NCBI GenBank assembly: GCA_963785005.1
Contig: CAWATS010000014.1
Location: 170,179-234,178 of the forward strand
Length of the DNA stretch: 64,000 nucleotides
From: an uncultured Actinomycetota bacterium
Lineage (GTDB): Bacteria > Actinomycetota > Actinomycetes > Mycobacteriales > CADCTP01
Reading direction: 5' to 3'
In this document: one piece after another, positions 57,142 to 64,000 of the stretch
How positions within the stretch are numbered: the first letter of the stretch is position 1
Layout: every line of letters starts with the position of its first letter
Notes under the pieces: model-generated
What the model saw: the letters and a program-made list of their open reading frames with translations, nothing else
The model's database searches: none
Told to the model about the DNA's origin: nothing
Translations under genes and position numbers: made by a program

Positions 57142-59768
57142 CTCTGAGCCGCTGCGAGGGCGGTGACCCGGATGTCGCGGAAGGCGGTCGTCGCGGAGCG
57201 GTCCGAATAGGACTGCAGGCCGACGAAGGTCGCCGCGTCCGGCCGGAACCGCCCCCGGTCGGGATCGGGGTTGGTGTAGCGGGCGGTGTCGACGCCGTTG
57301 AGGCTGACCGTGAACAGATCGCCCCGCACCTCGACCCGGAGCTGGTTCCAGGCGAGCACCCGGGCGTCCCGGGGGCGTACGAAGTCGCCGGGCGTCGGCG
57401 GGAGTGTTCCCGGCGGCGCCGGCTCTCCGGGGTAGTTGACGTCGTAGACGGCTCCGGTCCGGTGCTTCGGGCTCGCCGGCAGCCCGTCCCGCGCGCCGCC
57501 GGTGTTGTCGATCTGGACCTCGAAGCCGGACCGCACGGCCGACCACGCCGGGTTGTAGAAGCCGGCGAGCTCGGGGTTGGCGAAACGCAGGAAGACCCCG
57601 CTGTTGGTGCCGTTCGCACGGATGCGGAACTCCAGCTCCAGCCGGTAGTCGCGGGGCATCGGAACGGTGCACCAGAGCAGGCCGAGGTCGAAGCCCGGGA
57701 CCGACTGGAGCGCGCCGTCGATCGCGTGGAAGGTGCCACGACCGGCCATCCGCCAGTTGGCGAGGCTCTCGCCGTCGAAGAGCCGCAGCACCGTCCCCGG
57801 CGTCGGGTCCGGTGCCGGCCCGATCCGCGGGAACGTCCGGGGCTCCCGACCGCTCTCCTTGCCGCCCACGCCGTCGCCCTCCGGCACCAGCCTCTTGGCC
57901 AGCCGCCGCCGCAGCGCGATGCCGTTCATGACCGGGTTGGCCGAGCCGCAGGTCGGCAGCACCGAGGCGTCGCCGGCGTAGAGGTTGGTGACGGCGTGGA
58001 ACTGCCCGTCCGGGTCGACCACCGAGGTGGCCGGCCGCTCACCCATCCGCAGCGTGCCCGCCTCGTGGAACGAGGTTCCCAGCCCGTCGGCGGGCGGGAT
58101 GTCCACCGGTCCCGCGGTGCCGAAGACGTACCGGGCCAGGTGCTGGATCACCTCGTCCAGCTGCCGCTGCAGCTCCCCGTCCTCCGGTCCCCGCCGCAGC
58201 GCGACCGACGCGCGCGGGACGCCGTACTCGTCCAGGTCCGCGGGCGTCCGGGGCACGGTGACGGCGTTGACGTCCGGCGCCGGCACCATCTCGCCGAGGG
58301 CCCGGACGAAGACGTCGACCTTGCCGGGCCGAAGCTCCTTCAGCCGCCGGATGTTGTCGAGGTCCGGCACGTTCTGGAACAGGAAGGCGTCGGCCTGGCT
58401 GCCCGGGAACTCGGGCACCGCCGAGGCGGTGATCTGCAGGTGGAAGTGCACCGGGGTCCGGTCGCCGGCGACGTCGATCTCGGTCCGGCAGCGGACGAGC
58501 AGCGCGGCCACCTCGCCGTCGCCGAGCTGCAGGCCGGGTGGCGCCGGGACGGTGAAGCCGACGTTCTTGCGTAGGTGCGCCATCAGGTTGCTGCCGGCGA
58601 TGGCCGCGCCGGGGACGCCGGGCGTGCTGACCAGGGCCATCCGGGCGCTCTCGATGGCACCCATGGCCAGCACGACGACCGGTCTGCGGTGCGGGTCGCC
58701 GGCGATCGGCGCCGTCAGGTCCAGCGACCCGGCGGCCGTCTCGATGCCGGTCACCTCCTCGACGGTCGCGCCGGTGGCGAGCGTGTACGGCCGGGTGAGC
58801 AGCCGCTTGACGTGGCAGTTGGGGACGATCATCAGGCGCTTGGCCGCGTCCGTGGCACCCGCGGCCTCGTCGGCGGCGGCGCGGGCACCGGTGATCGCCA
58901 GCGGGACGCTGCTGAACTTGCTGAACGGGAAGAACCCGGGCCGGGCCTGGACCTGGACGGCCAGCGGGGCGTCGAGCCGCGTGCTGTCCGCGAAGCCGGC
59001 GTACGGGGGGTCGGCCAGCTGGGCCCGCAGCCGCGGCCCGGCGAACGGGGTGTAGTCGGGCAGCTCCGCCAGCGGGACGACGTACGGGACGTCGGCGTAG
59101 CCCCGGAAGAGCAGCCGGCGGTAGTGGTCCTGCAGGGCGCCGTTGAGGAAGTCGTTGGACGTGGCGACGCCGGTCTCCTCCTCGGCCTCGGCGAAGAAGC
59201 CCTGCTCGAGGTCCTGGACGGTCGCGGCCGGCCAGAGCGTCCGGGCCGTGATCGCCCCGGCCGGCTCGACGTGCATCTCGGTCTCGAGATACCGGGGCGA
59301 CCAGCCGCCCCAGTAGAGGGACATGCCGCCGAGGCAGTACGCGAGCCCGGAGAACGGCTCGGCCGAGTTCCACGGCAGGCCCCAGTTCTCCAGGCTCGGC
59401 CGCCCGTCCGCGCCTTCGGCGAGGAGCTGGGCCCGGGTGGCGGGCAGGCCGCCGGCGGGGTGCCCGGTGCCGGGTGCGAACAGGCCGAGATTAGGGATGT
59501 CCTGCACGTGGGTCGGGAGCACGAACGGCCCGGCTTCCAGCACGAGGACCCGGAAGTTCGCCGGTTTCAGCACGTCGTCCGCGACCGCGCCGGGGCCGGA
59601 GTCGAAGCGCTTCGCCCGGAAGAACACGTCCTGGGCGAGCGCGAGACCGAACGTGCCACCGCCGATGACGACGACGTCGAACGGCCCGCTCGCCGCCGCC
59701 TCCGCGAAGGTGTTGCACACGTAGCGCCCGAGGACGTCCCGGCTGAAGATCGTTTCCGGCGTCGCCAT
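57138..59768 (-). CDS. GMC (pyranose-oxidase-like) oxidoreductase fused to a C-terminal DUF1080 domain
   Basis: [52 protein letters not shown]. Then [45 protein letters not shown]. Confidence 0.92.
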   Translation of the reverse strand: MATPETIFSRDVLGRYVCNTFAEAAASGPFDVVVIGGGTFGLALAQDVFFRAKRFDSGPGAVADDVLKPANFRVLVLEAGPFVLPTHVQDIPNLGLFAPGTGHPAGGLPATRAQLLAEGADGRPSLENWGLPWNSAEPFSGLAYCLGGMSLYWGGWSPRYLETEMHVEPAGAITARTLWPAATVQDLEQGFFAEAEEETGVATSNDFLNGALQDHYRRLLFRGYADVPYVVPLAELPDYTPFAGPRLRAQLADPPYAGFADSTRLDAPLAVQVQARPGFFPFSKFSSVPLAITGARAAADEAAGATDAAKRLMIVPNCHVKRLLTRPYTLATGATVEEVTGIETAAGSLDLTAPIAGDPHRRPVVVLAMGAIESARMALVSTPGVPGAAIAGSNLMAHLRKNVGFTVPAPPGLQLGDGEVAALLVRCRTEIDVAGDRTPVHFHLQITASAVPEFPGSQADAFLFQNVPDLDNIRRLKELRPGKVDVFVRALGEMVPAPDVNAVTVPRTPADLDEYGVPRASVALRRGPEDGELQRQLDEVIQHLARYVFGTAGPVDIPPADGLGTSFHEAGTLRMGERPATSVVDPDGQFHAVTNLYAGDASVLPTCGSANPVMNGIALRRRLAKRLVPEGDGVGGKESGREPRTFPRIGPAPDPTPGTVLRLFDGESLANWRMAGRGTFHAIDGALQSVPGFDLGLLWCTVPMPRDYRLELEFRIRANGTNSGVFLRFANPELAGFYNPAWSAVRSGFEVQIDNTGGARDGLPASPKHRTGAVYDVNYPGEPAPPGTLPPTPGDFVRPRDARVLAWNQLRVEVRGDLFTVSLNGVDTARYTNPDPDRGRFRPDAATFVGLQSYSDRSATTAFRDIRVTALAAAQS

Positions 59769-59918
59769 CGACGACCAGCTCCCTCCCGGCGGCGCACGAC
59801 GTCCGCCGGCGGCAGCGGGGTCGCCGCAATGCCGACGATGTACGGACTTGATCAGTCTGGCATCCGCCCCGGGCCCGCGGCGACGAGATCACCGGATCGG
59901 CAGGGGATCCCGGTCCGC

Positions 59919-60297
59919 TCAGCGGATGACGTCGCGGCCGCCGCTGCTGCCGTCCAGACCCCAGGACACGACCCGCTCCGGGTGGATGCGGATCCGTGGC
60001 TCGGGGTCGGTCAGCGCCTCGGCCCGGCCGCGGACCTCGACGCCCGCGCACCAGCCAGGGGTTCACGCTCGCCAGGTCGTCGATCACGATCGCGGCCCGG
60101 CCGGACCGGGCCACGTCGCGGAACTTCTTGGTGCGAGCCGGGTCGTGGCCGCCGACGTCGATCACCGTGTCGGCCTCGGCGAGGGTCCAGCCGACCGGCG
60201 TCACGTGCGGCATGCCGTCCGCGCCGACGGTCGCGATGCGGGCCAGCCGCCGCTCGGAGCGCAGGTAGGCCAGCTCGGCCTCGGTGAAGACGGTCAC
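59919..60297 (-). CDS. PPOX-class F420-dependent oxidoreductase, frameshift near 60045
   Basis: FTEAELAYL..RLARIATVGADGMPHVTPV, TKKFRDV, VIDDLASVNPW. Second frame: VEVRGRAE..IRIHPERVVSWG. Confidence 0.88.
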
Positions 60298-60731
60298 GGG
60301 CGCGCCCGCGGCAGCGCCGGGATAAGCACCGCGGCGACCACCACGTGCATCATGGCGAGCGTCACCCGGGTGCCGGTGTCGATGCCCTCGGTGAGCAGCG
60401 GCGGGGCGAACGACACCAGGAGGGCCAGCGCCGCCACCGCTCTCCAGACGGCCGCCGCCCGGCGGGTCACCACCCGTTCCAGGACCTCGAGCAGACCCCA
60501 ACCGGCCAGCGACGCGACGAGCGCCGTCCCCACCACGAGGGGAAGGGTGATCTCCATCGGGTCGCGGTCGCCACGTCCCGGCACCAGCAGGTCGTGGCCG
60601 AGCACCGGCACGGCCACCACCCACACCAGTGCCGCCGCGACGGTCGCTACCGCCGTCACGGCGGCGCGCCACCGCAGCCGACCCGCCGCCCGGGTCTCGG
60701 TGCCGGATGCTCCGCCGGCAGAGGACGTCAT
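60294..60731 (-). CDS. DUF6069-like membrane protein
   Basis: GGAGG RBS, four TM segments, LAGWGLL..LER, LLVSF.PP, LAMMHVVVAAVLI. Confidence 0.82.
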   Translation of the reverse strand: MTSSAGGASGTETRAAGRLRWRAAVTAVATVAAALVWVVAVPVLGHDLLVPGRGDRDPMEITLPLVVGTALVASLAGWGLLEVLERVVTRRAAAVWRAVAALALLVSFAPPLLTEGIDTGTRVTLAMMHVVVAAVLIPALPRARP

Positions 60732-60751
60732 CGCTGCCACCTCCAGTTTCC

Positions 60752-60801
60752 TACACGCCATGTGTACTTCCTACGGAGGGTTAAGCTACACGAGCCGGGT
60801 A
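60752..60801. promoter_or_regulatory. Two operator-like sites in the divergent DUF6069/TetR promoter
   Basis: TACAC-N5-GTGTA (60752-66) and TACAC-N5-GGGTA (60787-801), both followed by CTTC, 35 bp apart. Confidence 0.7.
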
Positions 60802-60827
60802 CTTCTTCCCAAGGACGGTAGGTCGGC

Positions 60828-61436
60828 ATGCCGAGCCCGATCGGAGCGCCGGAGAACGCCCGCAGCAGGCGCACCAGGGCGGCGCTGCTCGACGCGACCC
60901 GGACGCTGCTCGAGGAAGGCGGCTCGGAGGCGTTGACCATGACCGCGGTCGCCGCGCGGGCCGGCGTGACCCGGCGCGCGGTCTACCTGCACTTCCCGTC
61001 GCGGACCGAGTTGCTGGTCGCCCTGTTCGACCACGTCAACGAGGTCGAGGGCCTGTCGACCTCGCTGGGCGCGGTCTGGACGGCACCCGACGCTCCGGCC
61101 GCGCTCGAGGAGTGGGCGCGACACGTCGAGCGATTCCACCCGCGGGTCCTGGCGGTGGCGACCGCCGTCAAGCACGCCCGGCGCGTCGACCCGGACGCCG
61201 AGGCGCACTGGCGGGTGGTGGTGCGCGACCAGCAGTCGGCCTGCCGGCGACTGGCTCGGTGGCTGCACCGGGAGGGACGCCTCGCGCCGCCCTGGTCCCC
61301 GTCCAGCGCCGCCGACATGCTCTGGGCGCTGACGTCCTTCGACCTGCTGGAGGAGCTCACCGTCGACCGTGGCTGGTCGACCCGGCGCTACGGCCGGCAC
61401 CTCGCCGCCGTGCTCCGGGCCACCTTCGTCCGGTAA
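60828..61436 (+). CDS. TetR family transcriptional regulator
   Basis: LTMTAVAARAGVTRRAVYLHFPSRTELL HTH. Confidence 0.94.
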   Translation: MPSPIGAPENARSRRTRAALLDATRTLLEEGGSEALTMTAVAARAGVTRRAVYLHFPSRTELLVALFDHVNEVEGLSTSLGAVWTAPDAPAALEEWARHVERFHPRVLAVATAVKHARRVDPDAEAHWRVVVRDQQSACRRLARWLHREGRLAPPWSPSSAADMLWALTSFDLLEELTVDRGWSTRRYGRHLAAVLRATFVR

Positions 61437-61495
61437 CGGCCCGCCGTCGTCGGTTGGCCGGCCACGCGGCGACCTGCCCGCCGCGGTCCCCTCGG

Positions 61496-61564
61496 GTGAT
61501 CTTGCACTTGCCCGCTCGCGAACCGGACATTGGTCCCACTGGTGGCCGGGAAGTGCAAGATCAC
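61496..61564. repeat. REP-like inverted repeat between convergent genes
   Basis: GTGATCTTGCACTT (61496-509) and AAGTGCAAGATCAC (61551-564), perfect 14-bp arms around a 41-nt spacer. Confidence 0.82.
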
Positions 61565-61567
61565 GGG

Positions 61568-63568
61568 TCAGGCGAAGGGCACCCACTCGCGGTCGGAGAG
61601 GTCGTCGACCGAGGTGGCCATCGCGCCGGCCCGGGAGACCGTCCAGAGCGTGTCACCCGCGACGAGCGAGCGGCGGACCTGGCCGTCGCCGGGACCGGCG
61701 TCGAGCGGATGGCTCAGGACGCCGAGCCGGTCGAGGCGCTGGCCGTCCAGCCGGAGCACCAGCGCGCCGCCCACCGCTGGACGCGGCCCCGCCGGCCCCG
61801 GCTGCTCGTACGGCGCGATCACCGGCACGACGAGGAGGCCGGAGGCGGGCCAGAAGAGGAACGCGTGCGGGTCGTGCTCGACCTCCGACTGCCCGGATCC
61901 GACCTGCTGCTGGGCGATCCGGCGCGGCCGGGCGGGGTCGCCGACGTCGAACACCGACACCTGGGTGCCGAGCTGCCGGCCCTCGGCGGTGGCCTCCTGG
62001 CCGACGCCGAGCAGCCTTCCCTCGCCGGCGGGGTGCAGGTACGCCGAGTAGCCGGTGATCTTCAGCTCGCCGACCGCGCGTGGCCGCGTCGGGTCCGACA
62101 GGTCCAGCGTGTAGAGCGGGTCGGTCTGCCGGAACGTCACGACGTAGCCGACCGGCCCGAGGAACCGCACCGCGTAGATCCGCTCACCCCGGCCGAGACC
62201 GCCGATCCGGCCGACCCGCACCAGCCGGGTCCCGCGCTCGGCGAGGACGGTGACCACGCTCTCCGACCGGGAAGCCGGCGCGCAGCAGCCGTCGATCGTG
62301 GTGGCGACCCGCAGCCGCCCCTCGTGCTCGGACAGTGCGTACTGGTTCAACAGCAGTCCGTCGACCAACCCGGAGGCGGCGTAGCGGGGCCGCCCCGGTC
62401 CGGTCGTGTCGAACCGGTGTACCTCGGTGCGCCGGACCCGGTCCGGCGCCGGGAGCGGCGAGCCGTCGGCCTGCAGCGGCTCCGGCTGGCCGCGGTGGTC
62501 GTCGGCGACGTACAGGCTCGACCCGGTGCCGTAGACGGTGTTGCCGTCGGCGACGACGGACACCGGGTCGCCGGTGCCGAGCGGGCCGCGGAGATCCAGG
62601 CTGAGCACGGTGAGCATGGCGGTGCCCGAGTACGCCGCCGGGCGGCTGACCCGCTCGCAGTCGACGAGCCGCCCCTCCCGGTGCTCGCCGCCCTGCTCCA
62701 GCTCGTACCGCGGCAGCCAGTCCTCGATGGACGACTCCTCGACGACGCGCCGGTTCTGCCGTCGCGCCGCGGCGTCGGAGCGCCGGCCGTCCGGCTGGAC
62801 GAACCGCAGCCTCGGGCCGGACCGGACCACCACCCGCGCCACCGCGCCGACCTGCCGGCCGTCGAGGTAGGCGCCGTCCACGGTGAGCGTCTCGAGGACC
62901 CGCCCGGACCCGGTGATGTCGACGAGGACCAGCCGGACACCGTCCGGTCTGGCGGGCCGGTCGGCGAAAGGCGTTCCCGGCACCCACCGGCCGGCTCCAC
63001 CGGGGACGACGAGCAGTGCCCGGTCGCCGTGCTGCAGCAGGTGCTCCGCCTGGCCGGGTACGGCGAGCGTCGCGGTCACCCGCCGGCTGGCGAGGTCGAG
63101 GACCCGCAGCCGGCCGTCCACCACCGAGAGCAGCCGCCGGCCGTCGGTCTTGACCAGGTCCGGCTCGTCGACGCCGGCCTCGTGGACGGTGGTCGTGGAG
63201 TGCTCGGGTGCGGTGGCCTCCGCCGCGCCCGCCGCGCCCGCCGCGTCCGCCGCGAGGAGCGGACCGTCCCGCCCCACGGCTACGCCGACCCGAGTGCCGC
63301 CCGGGTCGGGCAGCCCGTAGGGCCCCACGTACGGGGCGGCAGCGCGGGTGAGCCCGTGCAACGCCGCACCGCACGAGTCGAACGCGGCCAGCATGGCCGC
63401 CCCGGCCGGGCCCGGAGGGGGTCCCGGCGGAGAGTCCGGCGACCTCCCGGCGGTGGACCAGACCACGCCGGCGACGGCCAGCGCGATCACCAGCGCGAGG
63501 CCGACGAGAGTCCCGGTGCCCGTCCACGCGGCTCGGCCGGCGGTGGGCCGCATCCTGTTCGGCAGCAT
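61568..63568 (-). CDS. Secreted/anchored beta-propeller domain protein (Beta_propel family)
   Basis: N-terminal TM, HSTTTVHEAGVDEPDLVKTDG, LLNQYALSEH, ERIYAVRF, VTFRQTDPLY, GELKITGYSAYLHP. Confidence 0.9.
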   Translation of the reverse strand: MLPNRMRPTAGRAAWTGTGTLVGLALVIALAVAGVVWSTAGRSPDSPPGPPPGPAGAAMLAAFDSCGAALHGLTRAAAPYVGPYGLPDPGGTRVGVAVGRDGPLLAADAAGAAGAAEATAPEHSTTTVHEAGVDEPDLVKTDGRRLLSVVDGRLRVLDLASRRVTATLAVPGQAEHLLQHGDRALLVVPGGAGRWVPGTPFADRPARPDGVRLVLVDITGSGRVLETLTVDGAYLDGRQVGAVARVVVRSGPRLRFVQPDGRRSDAAARRQNRRVVEESSIEDWLPRYELEQGGEHREGRLVDCERVSRPAAYSGTAMLTVLSLDLRGPLGTGDPVSVVADGNTVYGTGSSLYVADDHRGQPEPLQADGSPLPAPDRVRRTEVHRFDTTGPGRPRYAASGLVDGLLLNQYALSEHEGRLRVATTIDGCCAPASRSESVVTVLAERGTRLVRVGRIGGLGRGERIYAVRFLGPVGYVVTFRQTDPLYTLDLSDPTRPRAVGELKITGYSAYLHPAGEGRLLGVGQEATAEGRQLGTQVSVFDVGDPARPRRIAQQQVGSGQSEVEHDPHAFLFWPASGLLVVPVIAPYEQPGPAGPRPAVGGALVLRLDGQRLDRLGVLSHPLDAGPGDGQVRRSLVAGDTLWTVSRAGAMATSVDDLSDREWVPFA

Positions 63569-63629
63569 TCCCGTTCGACGCAGGCCGCGGCGCGCGGTTC
63601 CGTCGAGTTCGGCCGGTGTCGCCGGCGCC

Positions 63630-64000
63630 CTAGGACTCGGCCAGCGCGGCGAGGCGGGGCGCGGAGCTCTCCCGTATCCGCAGCTCGGTGGGCAGGGTGA
63701 CCAGCGACGGCGCCCGGGCGGGGGAGGAGATCCGCTCCAGCAGCAGCAGCGCGGCGGTCCGGCCCAGCTCGTACGTCGGCTGCACGACGGTGGTCAGCGA
63801 CGGCCGGACCAGGTCGGCCCAGGGGATGTCGTCGAAGCCGACGATGCCGATGTCCTCGGGCACCCGCAGGCCCCGGGCGGCCAGGCACTCCAGCGCGCCG
63901 ACGGCCATCAGGTTGTTCGCCACGAACACCGCGGCCGGCACCCGGTCGCCGTCGAGCAACGACTCCATGGCGGCGTAGCCACCGGCCTCACGGAAGTCCG
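63630..64000 (-). CDS. LacI family regulator, C-terminal part (5'-partial)
   Basis: AVFVANNLMAVG, VPEDIGIVGFDD, PSLTTVVQP, LRIRESS. Confidence 0.93.
   Translation of the reverse strand, partial: DFREAGGYAAMESLLDGDRVPAAVFVANNLMAVGALECLAARGLRVPEDIGIVGFDDIPWADLVRPSLTTVVQPTYELGRTAALLLLERISSPARAPSLVTLPTELRIRESSAPRLAALAES

Overview
Very GC-rich actinobacterial chromosomal segment of about 55 genes, mostly accessory metabolism, envelope and regulatory functions. I see no rRNA, tRNA, CRISPR array or recognisable transposase/integrase. Main blocks: (1) a five-gene minus-strand cluster at 13.3-18.9 kb (DUF4142, DUF1996, Yx(FWY)xxD lipoprotein, di-heme ferric-reductase-like membrane domain fused to a [3Fe-4S] ferredoxin, NAD(P)H-ferredoxin reductase). 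It reads as a complete cytoplasm-to-exterior electron chain and is my best candidate for an undescribed system. (2) Two perfect actinobacterial SOS boxes, one on a DUF222/HNH gene and one on an uncharacterised ~150-aa gene. (3) A lipid/phosphate-remodelling island at 21-31 kb. (4) An isatin-hydrolase-like / ThDP enzyme / anthraniloyl-CoA catabolic operon at 39-47 kb. (5) A GMC oxidase-DUF1080 fusion. There are also many short tandem-repeat tracts and TetR/LuxR-type operator palindromes. About 20 apparent single-base frameshifts, densest at 22-33 kb, most likely reflect long-read assembly error. All family assignments come from motif recognition by eye, not database searches.
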